This document shows positions 39,901 through 52,289 of a DNA stretch of 64,000 bases, piece after piece. The notes below the pieces were generated by a model. It was not told the origin of the DNA. It ran no database searches and saw nothing but the letters and a program-made list of their open reading frames with translations. Position 1 is the first letter of the stretch. Every line of letters begins with the position of its first letter. Origin of the DNA: Mobula hypostoma (taxonomy: Eukaryota); assembly GCF_963921235.1 (NCBI RefSeq), contig NC_086097.1:80788001-80852000 (forward strand). Reading direction: 5' to 3'. Position numbers and translations under genes: made by a program.

Positions 39901-40628
39901 GTAGGTCTTACACGGTGAGCAGTAGAGCACTGAGGAGTGAGGTAGAACAGAGGGATCTGGGAATACAGGTCCGTAATGGTGATACCGGTAGATAGGGTCG
40001 TAAATAAGCTTTTGGCACATTGGCCTTCATAAATAAATGTATTGAATGCAGGGGTGGGATGCTATTTTGAAGTCGAATAAGACATTGCTGAGACCTAATT
40101 TGGAGAATTGTGTGCAGTATTGGTGACCTCCCTACAGGAAAGATGTAAATAAGTTTGAAAGAGTACAGAGAAAATTTACAAGGATATTGCCGGAAATGGT
40201 CGACCTGAATTATAAGGAAAGATTGAATAGGTTAGGACTTTGTTCCTTGGCATATAGAAGATTGAGGGGAGATTTGATAGAAGTATAGAAAATTATGAGA
40301 GGAATAGTAAGCATGCTTTTACTACTGAGGTTGGGTGGGACTATAACTAGAGGTCATGGGTTAAGGGTGAAAGGTTTGAAGAGAACCTGAGGGGAAACTT
40401 CTTTCCTCAGAGGGTTTTGAGAGTGTGGAATGAGGTGCCTGCACAAGTGGTGTATGCAAGCTTGATTTCAACATTTAAGAGAAGTTTGTATAGGTACATG
40501 GATGTTATAGGTATGGGGAGCTTATGGTCTGGGTGCTGGTTGATGAGATGAAGCAGTTTAAATGGTTTTCATGGACTAGATGGGCAGAAGGGCCTGTTTC
40601 GATGATGTACTTTTCTATGACTCTATGA
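36990..40628 (+). mobile_element. Near-full-length degraded CR1 (ORF1 esterase plus ORF2)
   Basis: cacataggtaccaatgat (HIGTND), CVYFNASSIVGK, IVGDFNF, QHGFVCGRSCLTNLLEFFEE, gcggatgacacc and ttctatgactctatgac tail. Confidence 0.85.
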
Positions 40629-41518
40629 CAAATGTATATCAAAAGGGATAACATAGAAAGATGGAAATTTATATTCCTAAAATACTGCAAATGGAAGGAG
40701 CAATTTGTACAAGCAAGGTGGCTTCCAAGCAGTTAGAAGTCTGAGTGATATCATCAGAAGTTTGTTGATTGTGCTATTGGGCAATGTCCAAATTAACATG
40801 GAAATGTATCTGAGTAGGATGTTAAAGGAGAGGGAAGAGAGTGTAGACATGAAAGAAAATAGAATGGAAAAAAAAGTAGGAGAAAGAGGAGGGAGAAGTA
40901 AATAGGGCAAAAATGGACCCAACATATGCAGTTGATATAGGGAAATATAGGAAAAAGAAATAACAGAGCTTTTATATGTAAATGCACATAATATTGGAAA
41001 TTAAATCAATGAACTAATAACACTAATTCAGGATGGACAAGAAACCTTAAGTATGACCAATGATGTTTATGTCGTAGAAGCATAAGACCAAAGTCTTTAA
41101 AAATGTAATTGGACTTATTTTAAGGCTGAAGTCAGCAGCATAGCCACTATATGGCACAATATTTTTACCATGACATCTGAAGTCAACAGACGGCAGATGC
41201 TGGAAAGCTGAAATGAAAACCGAAATATGCGCTATGTCAGGTTACTTCAGTGGGAAGAAAAACAGTTATTATTCCTGGCTTTACAATCTTATATCAAAAT
41301 TGAAAAATAAAGCTAGAAATGAAACAAGTTTCAATTTACAGAGACAGGTGGGGTGAAGAGAACAAAAGGGATGGGCTGTGATAGAGCCGTGACCCAGAGA
41401 GACGTGAGTGGTGTTAGCTGAAAAACAGCACTGTTGGTGTGTCTGCAGAAGGTGCAAACTGGAGACTTAAGAATTACAAAATCACAGTAAAGGCAAAGAA
41501 ACAAGTCAATGTGAGACT

Positions 41519-41655
41519 CACAGAATATTGAAGGAACTCAGCAGCATCTATGGAGAGAAATAAAAGGTCGACGTATCATGCTGAGACCCTTCATCAAGAC
41601 AGATGTTGTATGTGTTACTCTGGATTTCCAGCATTTGCAGAATCTCTTGTGTTTG
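41519..41655 (+). mobile_element. Older PLE terminal-repeat inverted insertion
   Basis: Left part ggaactcagcagcatctatgg...gtcgacgtatcatgctgagacccttcatcaagac is an antisense hammerhead relic. It is joined to the sense tail tttccagcatttgcagaatctcttgtg. Confidence 0.65.
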
Positions 41656-41814
41656 AAACAATGTGAGAAATGTGAAAATGGAATGACGAATTATCCAAAC
41701 TATTTCAGCTCAAGTCCTAAAGGCATGTAAATGTCAGAAGATGAGGTGATGTTCTTCAAACTGTAAAGGAGGCCAAAGGCAGAGTCCAGAAAATGTGTGG
41801 GATAAAAACTAAAG

Positions 41815-41894
41815 CAGGGGTTCCCACCCTTTTTCATGCCATGGCTGCCTACCATTAAATGAGGGTTCCACGGACTGCAGGTTGGAAACTCCTG
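41815..41894. mobile_element. hAT-type MITE (80 bp)
   Basis: TIRs caggggttccca / tggaaactcctg and a perfect 8-bp TSD aactaaag (41807-41814 and 41895-41902). Confidence 0.85.
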
Positions 41895-42199
41895 AACTAA
41901 AGTAACAATCAACTAGAACCTCAGGATCACGCCTGCACAATGAGTGGATGTAGTCTTAAATGGTTACTTTATCTGTGTTTGATATCCCCAAAATAGAATA
42001 GATTGCTTTGTGAGCACTGAATGCAGCTTCATAAATTGACAACACTCTAGTAGACATGCTGTTGTAGCTATAAGTTGTAAAATAACATCTATTAGTAATA
42101 TGCATTTTGAAATATTCAATGATATTAATAGAAAAGAAACTTCACCCTGGAGTAGGAAACTCAAATAGCCCTTTCAGAGTCAAACCTTTCCCTGCATGC

Positions 42200-44005
42200 C
42201 AGGATGGTGTGTTGCCAGGGTCAGATTGGTCTCAGAACAGCTCAAGGGGGCACATGGGATTGTGGTACACATTGGAACCAATAACATAGGTAGAAGGGGG
42301 AAGAGTTAGGAAGGAGGTTGAAAAGCTGGATCTGGTATGAATTAATTTCTGAAGTACTCCTTCAATGGAAGGAAATACTCCTGAGATGGATGGATTGAAG
42401 TGTGCTTATTTTAATGCTAGGTGTATTAGGGGTAAGGGTCATGAACTACTGGCACATGGGATTACAATGTTGTGGTAATACAGAGATTTGGTTGAAAGAA
42501 GACTGAACAGGATACTTAATGTTTTAGAAAAAGATATAGCAGGTAAAATGGGGAGGTGGGGAGGGGTTTGCACTATTAATTAGAGATACATCACAGCTGA
42601 ACTCTTTGGGGATAGGATGAAGGTCTAATCTACTGAGTGTATATGAACAGACATCAAATATAGCACAGGTGCCATCATTCTGAGGGGTCTGTAGTATATC
42701 CAGTGGCCACCAGGATTTTGAGGAACAGATTTGCTGGCAGATTAGGGAAGGTGTAAAAACAATGGGTGACTTCAACTTCCTTTATAAAGATTGTGACCTT
42801 CTTAGTTCAAGGGGTTTATTCAGGTCAAAAGTTGAGAGTGTGGCCAGGACTGTTTCTTAAATCAATATGTATGTAGTCCAGGGGCTGCCAGCCTGGGATC
42901 CACTGGCCAATTGCTTAATGGTATTGGTCCATGGTATAAAATAGATTGGGAACCCCTGACATAGTCCAATGAAAGGAAGGGTCATACTGGACCTGGTGTT
43001 GAGAAATGAGGTGACTGAGACACCAGTTAGGGAACAGCGATCACAACTCCTACAGGTAGGGATAAGTATCTGCCTTGCGGAAGGAAGGACAAGAATGGCA
43101 ATGTAAGAGAGCCTTGGATATCAAGATAATTTGTGAATTTTGTCAAAAAGTAAAAAGTAAGTATATGTAAGGTTTGGGAAGCTGAACTCAAAAAGTGGAC
43201 TTGAGGGTTATAGAGAAGCTAGAAAAGAACTCAAGGCATGAATTAAGAAAGCTAGGAGGAGCCACGCAAAGTCTTTGACCAGTAGAATTAAATAGAATGC
43301 TCAGGCATTTTATACATATATCAAGAACAAGAAAATAAAAAGAGAAAAGGTAAGACTACTCAAGGATAAAGAAGGGAACAAGTCCTTGGCGGCAGAGAAT
43401 GTGCGCAAGGTCCTAAATGAACACTTTGCATCAGAATTTACCAAGGAGAATGACATGAAGGATAATGAGATCAGTGTGGAGCATGCTAACTTGCTAGGAC
43501 ATTTAAGGTAATGTAGGAGTTACTGTTGGGTCTCTTTGGAGTGGGTGCAGAACACATTAACCAGGATACCGCCTGGATTTAGGGCATGCACTCTAAGAAG
43601 TAGTTAAACAAACTTGGACTGTTTTCTCTGAAGTGGCAGAGGCTAGGTGGAGACTTGATAGGGATTTATCAGATTATGAGATACTAGCTAAATATAGATA
43701 GCTAGTATCTTCTTCTCGCGGCTGAAAAGTCTAATACTAGTGGACATGCATTTAAAATGAGACTAGGTAAATTCAAAAGAGATGTGCAGGGCAAAGTTTT
43801 TGTAAACAGAGAGCAGTGAGTGTCTGGAATGCTCTGGTGGTGGTGGAGGCACAAGCTACAGAGATATTTCTTAAACAGGCATACAAATATACAAAGGATG
43901 GGAGAAGTAGACGGAAAGCATTAACTTGGTTAGGCATTCAATTACTAGCTTAATTTGTTTGGGCACAACATCATGGGCCCAAAGGCCTGTTCCTGTGCTG
44001 TATTG
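42200..44005 (+). mobile_element. Degraded CR1 fragments
   Basis: gcttattttaatgctagg, ggtgacttcaacttcc and CR1 3' end tgggcccaaaggcctgttcctgtgctgtattgt. Confidence 0.65.
42879..42958. mobile_element. hAT-type MITE (80 bp), same family as 41815-41894 in opposite orientation
   Basis: TIRs caggggctgcca / tgggaacccctg with 8-bp flanks atgtagtc / acatagtc. Confidence 0.8.
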
Positions 44006-44007
44006 TA

Positions 44008-44237
44008 ACACACACAAAGTGCTGGAGGAACTCAGCAGGCCAGGCAGCATCTATGGAAAAGAAGTACAATCGATGTTTCAAGCTGAGACCCGAAAGTCCT
44101 GCCGAAGGACCTCAGCCCAAAACGTCGACTGTACTTTTTTTCAATAGTTGCTGCTTGGCCTGCTGAGTTCCTCCAGTATTTTGTGTGTGTTGCTTGAATT
44201 TCCAGCAGCTGCAGATTTTCTCTTGTTTGTCTCTTGT
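44008..44237 (+). mobile_element. PLE terminal-repeat hairpin insertion with mutated hammerhead
   Basis: Inverted arms and 15-bp TSD ctgtgctgtattgta (43993-44007 and 44238-44252). Core reads agtc-CTGCCGA-...-AAAACGTC-gact at ~44095-44130. Confidence 0.85.
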
Positions 44238-45639
44238 CTGTGCTGTATTGTACTATGTTTTATGCATCAAACAGTAAATGAACATTAGTTAATAGGAACT
44301 GCAATCTTTTCCTTAAAAGGACAGACAAGCATAACCAACTTCACAATTGAAGAAATAGTCATGTTCTTTGCATTATTAATAATGAATCATCAGATCAGCT
44401 GAACACAACCATCAGTTAATATAAAAACACACAGTAAAACAATGTTTTTTATTAGATTGTTATGAAGTATCAGGGAGGGGTATGGTATTTGCTTAGGAAT
44501 GTTGTCATAAGGTATTTTTTTTATTTTCAATTAGCCTTAGAGAAGAATACAATAAAAACAGAAAATTCTTCAGCAATTCAGGCAGAATCGGACAGGGAGA
44601 AACAAGAATTTGCTTTCAGCAGAACAGAAAAAGTCAACACTTTAAACTTGCTGAATATCTTCAGCATTTTCTGGCCCTACTTCAGAATTCTAGTGTCTGC
44701 AGTCTTTTCCTTTTATGAAAGAGTATTTCCAATTCAATAAAAACTGTTAAGCAGAGAGCTTTCCTGGGGCTTCTCATATTAGATGGGAGGCAGAGGTTGG
44801 AGAAGGTATTTCATTGCTCAAATTGATGAATGTGAATATTCCACCCAACAGTCAGCCCAATAATGTTACAGTGTAGAGAAGCACAGGAGTCTCAAACAGT
44901 CCCTGTGATTCAGCTGCTTAAGATAAAATGAAATAAACTTTGGATAACAGGGTAGACCTTGATTTGTCATTCAGCCTATGTTGAGTATCGAAGAATTGGC
45001 CATGTACTTGGGAGGGTAATATCATTTAGAATTCCTGCTTGAACTACTATCCACTGCTTCCACTTCTGAACCTGCACCCCAACCAGGACTCCTGTTCTCA
45101 AGCACCATTCAAGATTCCCATTCCCGAACTCCACCCGATAATCCTGTTCCCAATCATTATTTAGTAACTCTAGCTTGAATTCAACTGTAGCAGGAGAGTT
45201 GGGCTAGTCCATTAGAAAAATTCGAGTCAATACTCTTTATCAAAACTTGAACATAAAAGTCATCAACTCAATAAAATAGTGTCCGACATGAAAATCAAGT
45301 TTGACACAGAGTGATAAATCTTCTTCTGCCATGAACAATACATTTTCTACTTCAGGGAACCTTGGAAACGATTTGGCATCACATTGTTTTATATTTCATG
45401 CAGATTTATTTAAAAAGGCGCAGTTCAGGAGATCAAATTTTGGGCATATTAATTTAATATCCAATGGTGTTAAATAACCATGTTAATAGTTAAGAGCTGA
45501 GTAGCATACAGTAATCAAACCTAAACTGCTGAAATAAAGGAGATTACAAACGTTCATGAGATTTGAAGGCTAATGCCACAAATGAATGCCACCCAAATCC
45601 TAAATATATCAACGACAATGAGGAAAAACACTAACTCAG

Positions 45640-46217
45640 TTGATTTCATTTAGATTTATTTATTTTTGTTATCAAAGACAATGTCTGGAAACATTATGTA
45701 TTAAAGATTCTGTCCATGATTTTTCTTTTACAAAAGACTGTGAAATGAGGATGTGCATTTGACATTCTGACCTTCCCTTCACCTACACTTGTAAAGGAGA
45801 AACACTTTCAATTCTTGCGAAAACGTCATCTTAAGAACTGGCTGCAGAATGGATTAAGTCTTCATGATTACATCTCTCCTGCCTGATAAGTTTAATGTTT
45901 TTCCTTCAAGCCAAGATTTCAAAGACATCTCACTGCTAATATTGGACATGGTTCTTCAGGAAGGTCAAAGGTTGAAGAATGTTAGGCACCATGACTGGAC
46001 AGACATTTGCTCATGCTCTAACCTGTACAATGGGTCAGTGTCAGTCACTGAGGATAACCGTGAATTATTGGCAGACAACCAAACACAACCAACAGCAGGA
46101 TAATGGAGAGAGATGGATGCATCTGCACAGAACTCAAAGTTTAAAAAACAATGTTGGCTTTCAGATTTCAGATTTATGGCGAGATACATTCACCGAGGCT
46201 GTGGAGTGTCCTTGCAG
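45640..46217 (-). other. FUT8: Probable FUT8 3' UTR
   Basis: Apparently TE-free sequence between the TAA stop and the polyA signal. Confidence 0.6.
45655..45664 (-). terminator. Probable FUT8 polyadenylation signal (overlapping AATAAA x2)
   Basis: Minus strand AATAAATAAA, followed ~12 nt later by CA and then a GU/U-rich tract (gagttagtgtttttcctcattgtcgtt). An alternative AATAAA lies at 45405-45410. Confidence 0.6.
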
Positions 46218-46547
46218 TTACTCTGGCTTCTCATTGTCAGCCTCTGGATAGGTTGGGTATTTAATGGTCTCGATGCTCTCCTTCACTTTGTAAGATGGAT
46301 ATAGGCCTGTTCGCCCAGATTTTCTGTTGATGCCTTTGGAATAACCATCCCAGTGGTTGCCAGCCACTCCAATCAGATCTCCAGGCTCCAATACAATTTC
46401 CTCTGGAGTCTGAGGTTTGTGAGGGTAAATTGCAATCTGATTGTGTGCATTCTGTCCACCAAAGTAGTATATGTCATCCAGAGAATGGAAATAACTTGAT
46501 GCGTCTGGGTGTAATGTTTGCATTATCTCATAGGCCACTCGACAAAC
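46218..46547 (-). CDS. FUT8: Alpha-(1,6)-fucosyltransferase, last coding exon (end of GT23 domain plus SH3 domain)
   Basis: Acceptor ttctatttcccag|GTT at 46548/46547. Translation [43 protein letters not shown]...[35 protein letters not shown]...[14 protein letters not shown] closely matches the vertebrate FUT8 C-terminus. TAA at 46220-46218. Confidence 0.97.
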   Translation of the reverse strand, partial: VCRVAYEIMQTLHPDASSYFHSLDDIYYFGGQNAHNQIAIYPHKPQTPEEIVLEPGDLIGVAGNHWDGYSKGINRKSGRTGLYPSYKVKESIETIKYPTYPEADNEKPE

Positions 46548-47014
46548 CTGGGAAATAGAAACACAGAGTAATGGTTGTGTCAGTTTAAAGTGGCACTACT
46601 TTGCAGTATAATTAATAAAATTGTTCTTGACCTTCACCTGGCAGGTACTTAATGTTCTTGTGTAAAGTTTATAAAAGGATTGAGTTTGAATTTTCAACCA
46701 TGAAAAAAGCAAAATATTTTAAAGTTTTGTATATTTTATTGGAGCTCACATATTTCATCCTATGCCATCTGTGCAGTGATCGGTTCAACAATGCAAAATA
46801 CCTTCAACGGACCAAGGCATTGATGTTAGTTCAAGGACCTGTGGGATTCCATTAAAGTACAGAGAATTACTTATGAAAACATAGCCTGGATGTTTATAGG
46901 CTATTAAGTATTAGAAGCCAGGTGTTAGAAATATCAAGTTTTAGTTCTCTGCCCAATTTTAATCGCTTTGAATTATGGTACTCACTTGTAAAACCACATC
47001 TGCGTATCTGTTAT

Positions 47015-47520
47015 TAGACTCAGAGTCTTACAGTGTAAAAACAGGCCTACTGTCTCTATGCTGAACATCACACCTATCAAGACCAATCCAACTTGCCTGC
47101 ACCAATTCTATATTTCTTTATGCCCTGCTCATAAATTTACTCATTGTCCAGATGTCTCATAATTGTTGTAATTATTGCTAATTTCACCACCTTCTGTCAA
47201 TTCATACCAGATAAGAAACTAGTCTTTGCACAAATCCCCTTTAAACCTTAAATCTATGCCCTCTAGTTTTAGATGACCCCCTCCATGTTATCTCTCTAAA
47301 GTCTTTTATAACTTTGAATACCCCTTTCAGATCACTTTTCAGCATCCTTCACTCCAGGGAAAATAGACCTAGTCTATTCAATCACCACCGATAACCCAAA
47401 CCCTTCAATCCAGGCAATGACCTTGTGTATCTGTTCCGCACTTTCTCTAGATTGGTTGCATGCTTTCTATAGGCTGGTGAGCAGTACTTCAATGTGGCCT
47501 AACCAATAGGTTGTACAACT
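47015..47520 (-). mobile_element. Degraded CR1 3' end
   Basis: aaacaggcctactgtc tail region, aatctatgccctctagttttag and atccaggcaatgaccttgtg. Confidence 0.65.
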
Positions 47521-49254
47521 ATACCTTGCCTACATTATTGCCTGAGTATGTATCTACTGTACCTAAAACCTTACAGTACCAGGCTACTGGTTAACCTCGA
47601 CAAATGGCAAACACTGTCCGGGTAGATTTTTTTCCTCTCTGGACATCTCCTGTTTCCCCTCTCTAATTCAGCATGCTCCACTCACCAATTCACAGTAATT
47701 GAATACAGCCAGGACCACTTGTTTAAGAACAAAGCAGCTGTGATCACTTTTAAAAAACAGACCATTTTTCAGCAGTTAAAAGAATAGTTTTAAAAGCAAC
47801 ATAGAATAAAAAGAAAAGAAAACTGCAGTAACAGAAGCCAAGGATTTATCTGGTATAAGTGTGTTTACTGCTGAATGAGTATTATTAATGCCACCATCAC
47901 AATCCATCTACATTTCAGTTAAAGATGACTAAGAAAAATCTGACTGTAAACTTGAATCATTCATGAGTCAAACATAAAAGGGGACAATGCTGCAGGAAGA
48001 GAAATAAACATTGTCAATCTTCTTGATTTAATCTGAATTCTCACTCTTACTGAACTCTTTAATCACAGTGAAACACCGGATTTTGGGAAGACACACATTT
48101 CCACTTAGAAGGATAATAGCAGCTAAGTAAGGATGACTACTAGGAATTCTTCCCTGGTTATTAGCACTAAATGTGTTATACAGCTGCATCAATACTTTGT
48201 ACTCTGCTTTTGAAATTCAATTCTGATCACTTCAATGGAATGAATTATTTATACAGACTCCTACACACTGATGCTCAGTAAGTAATGCTCAATGTTGCAG
48301 GCCAGGATTGAAGATCTGTGTGCACCACTACAAGAGGAGCAAACACTCTACCATTCAGGAGGTTTGAACTACGAGCTCTTCATCCTTCAATCAAATAGCG
48401 AGGGACATTATTCTTGAAAGGTATTAGGTTACAACGATACTTATGCAGCCTAAATGAGGTACCATGGTATTACTTCCATCAAAAGGTGGAAACTTCAGCA
48501 AAATGGAGGTTGAAAGTAAAAGCTTTTCAGATATTCATCATTCCATATTCAAAAATGGACAGATCTTTAGTCTTTAAAATAGTCCAGGACTACAATGTAC
48601 AGGAAGGAAAATGGAGCTTTGAATAAATCAACCACGATCTCATTGAATGACTGAGCAATCTTGAGGGCCTATGAATCTAACCCCTATTCCAATTTCTTAT
48701 GCTTTTAGTCAATTCTCACAGCTTCTTCTCTGGATTGTTATCAATCTTTGCTAACATTTGTTAGGCCTAAAAGAATTCACTATTATTATTGATTCCATTT
48801 GGATCTGGTCTATTCTTTAGCAAAGTTAGGCAGGTTTGAAAGAAAGGCATCATGTGCTGGAACTGTAGCTTCTTGACGCTGTACATGGTACTTTAGCTCA
48901 ACCATCAAATATATTCTTGTTTTTCACTGTGATAGTCACCAAACCAACGGCTGTGATTTTTATATTAACATTTCTCTATCAATTAAACATAATTTCATTT
49001 CTGTGATGAAAGATCTCTTTTCTAAGTTAAAAGTTTTCTTTTGAGTAGCAGGCTTATGAAGTTTAGTACTGTTATGGCCACAAGTTTCTTGGATACCTGA
49101 TAACCTCCAGAGTGGGATGGTCCCAAGCTTACATCTGTGCTTCCTAACCTTTTCACTCTCTGAAGCCTGTGAATTTTAAGCAGTGAATTGATACTAGCTG
49201 ATACAACTTCTACCCTTTCACCTGCTCACTTCTCAAGGCCTTGTGAGAAAGCAA

Positions 49255-51742
49255 TAGAAAACCAAAGAAAAACTACAGCACAGAAACAGGACTTTTGGCC
49301 CTTCTTGGCTGTGCCAAACCATTTTCTGCCTAGTCCCACTGATCTGCACACGGACCATATCCCTCCATACACCTCCCATCCATGTATCTGTCCAATTTAT
49401 TCTTAAATGTTAAAAAAGAACCCGCATTTACCACCTCGCCTGGCAGCTCATTCCATACTCCCACCACTCTCTGTGTGAAGAAGCCCTCACCCTTAACCCA
49501 TGTCCTCTGGTTTTTTTCTCCCCTTGCCTCAGTGGAAAAAGCCTGCTTGCATTCACTCTATCTATACCTATCATAATTTTATATACCTCTATCAAATCTC
49601 CCCTCATTCTTCTACGCTCCAGGGAATAAAGTCCTAACCTATTCAACCTTTCTCTGTAACTGAGTTTCTCAAGTCCCGGCAACATCCTTGTAAACCTTCT
49701 CTGCACTCTTTCAACCTTATTTATATCCTTTCTGTAATTTGGTGACCAAAACTGAACACAATACTCCAGATTTGGCCTCACCAATGCCTTATACAACCTC
49801 ATCATAACATTCCAGCTCTTATACTCAATACTTTGATTAATAAAGGCCAATGTACCAAAAGCTCTCTTTACAACCCTATCTACCCGTGACGCCACTTTTA
49901 GGGAATTTTGTATCTGTATTCCCAGATCCCTCTGTTCTACTGCACTCCTCAGTGCCTTACCATTAACCCTTATTGTTCTACCTTGGTTTGTCCTTCCAAC
50001 GTGCAATACCTCACACTTGTCTGTATTAAACTCCATCTGCCATTTTTCAGCCCATTTTTCCAGCTGGTCCAAGTCCCTCTGCAGGCTCTGGAAACCTTCC
50101 TCACTGTCTACTACACCTCCAATCTTTGTATCATCAGCAAATTTGCTGATCCAATTTACCACATTATCATCCAGATCATTGATATAGATGACAAATAACA
50201 ATGGACCCAGCACTGATCCCTGTGGCACACCACTAGTCACAGGCCTCCACTCGGAGAAGCAATTCTCTACTACCACTCTTTGGCTTCTTCCATTGAGCCA
50301 ATGTCTAATCCAATTTACCACCTCTCCATGTATACCTAGCGACTGAATTTTCCTAACTAACCTCTCATGCAGGACCTTGTCAAAGGCCTTACTGAAGTCC
50401 ATGTGGACAATATACACTGCCTTCCCTTCATCCAGTTTCCTGGTAACCTCCTCGAAAAACTCCAATAGATTGGTCAAACATGACCTACCACGCACAAAGC
50501 CATGTTGACTCTCCCTAATAAGTCCCTGTCTATCCAAATGCTTGTAGATTCTGTCTCTTAGTACTCCCTCCAATAACTTACCTACTACCGACATTAAACT
50601 TACCGGCCTATAATTTCCCGGATTACTTTTCGATCCTTTCTTAAACAACTGAACAACATGAGCCACTCTCCAATCCTCCGGCACCTCACCTGTAGACAGC
50701 GACATTTTAAATATTTCTGCCAGGGCCCCTGCAACTTCAACACTAGTCTCCTTCAAGGTCCAAGGGAATACCCTGTCAGGTCCCAGGGATTTATCCACTT
50801 TAATTTTCCTCAAGACAGCAAGCACCTCCTCCTTTTCAATCTGTACAGTTTCCATGATCTCACTAATTGCTTCCCTTAATTCCATAGACTTCATGCCAGT
50901 TTCCTTAGTAAGTACAGACGCAAAAAACCTATTTAAGATCTCCCCCATTTCCTTTGGTTCCGCACATAGCCGGCCACTCTGATCTTCAAAAGGACCAATT
51001 TTATCCCTTACAATCCTTTTGCTCTTAATATACCTGTAGAAGCTCTTCGGATTATCCTTCACTTTGACTGCCAAGGCAACCTCATGTCTTCTTTTAGCCC
51101 TTCTGATTTCTTTCTTAAGTATTTTCTTGCACTTCTTATACTCTTCAAGCACCTTATTTACTCCCTGTTTCCTATACATGTCATACAACTCCCTCTTCTT
51201 CTTTATCAGTTGCAATATCCCTTGAGAACTAAGGTTCCTTATTCCTATTCACTTTGCCTTTAATCCTGACAGGAACATACAAACTCTGCACTCTCAAAAT
51301 TTCTCCTTTGAAGGCTTCCCACCTACCGATCACACCTTTGCCAGAGAACAACCTGTCCCAATCCACGCTTTTTAGATCCTTTCTCATTTCTTCAAATTTG
51401 GCCTTCTTCCAGTTCAGAACCTCAACCCTAGGACCAGATCTATCCTTGTCCATGATCAAGTTGAAACTAATGGTGTTATGATCACTGGAACCAAAGTGCT
51501 CCCCTACACAGACTTCCATCACTTGTCCTAACTCATTTCCTAACAGGAGATCCAATATTGCATCCCCTCTAGTTGGTCCCTCTATATATTGATTTAGAAA
51601 ACTTTCCTGAACACATTTTACAAACTCTAAACCATCTAGACCCCTAACAGTATGGGAGTCCCAATCAATATATGGAAAATTAAAATCCCCTACCACCGCA
51701 ACTTTATGTTTCCTGCAGTTGCCTGCTATCTCTCTGCAGATT
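49255..51742 (-). mobile_element. Young 5'-truncated CR1 (partial endonuclease, RT, 3' UTR) in FUT8 intron
   Basis: 155-aa ORF (VGDFNFP...SDHN) and 595-aa ORF (NYRPVSL, QHGFVRGRSCLTNL, GVPQGSVLGP, KFADDTK) separated by a TAG at 51229-51231. Confidence 0.95.
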
Positions 51743-52090
51743 ATGCAATATATGATTATTATTTGTTACTTACAATGGGGCCTTCTGTTCACTGAGGAGA
51801 TCAAGTGCACGTGAAATTATTGCTTTAGTGGACATATTAGCATAGTCCACTGATCTGAGCATGAACCTCTAGCCACCAGTCACTTCTATAATTCCTATTC
51901 GGAGCACTCCATCACTTGTTTCCTTTACAGTCCTAATGAAGGTAATTAGAGACTGGAGGAGCTGCATTTCATCTTTCAATTTAGCCATTTCTAGCAAAAT
52001 ACCCACAATTTTAGCTTTCAATCACTCATCCCATATCTTCAATGATTATGTGTTCATAGTGATTCTGCTATTCCCAATATTATTTCTTAA

Positions 52091-52289
52091 GCAAGAAAAA
52101 ATCTGCAGATGGTGGAAATCCAAGGAAAACACACAAAGTGCTGGATGAACTCAGCAGGCCAGGCAGCATCAATGGAAAAGAGTGAATAGAAAACAGTAAA
52201 ATGGTCTCAGCCCGAGACGTCAACTGTTTACACTTTCCTGTAAATGCTGCCTGGCCTGCAGATTTCCTCCAGCATTTTATGTATGTTGC
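52091..52289 (-). mobile_element. PLE terminal-repeat hairpin insertion
   Basis: Inverted arms (gcaggccaggcagcat / atgctgcctggcctgc) and 13-bp TSD tattatttcttaa (52078-52090 and 52290-52302). Confidence 0.85.

Noticed and set aside
46218..46240. FUT8 C-terminus slightly longer than the mammalian one (EADNEKPE)
   Set aside because: A few extra polar residues at a variable terminus, which is ordinary lineage variation.
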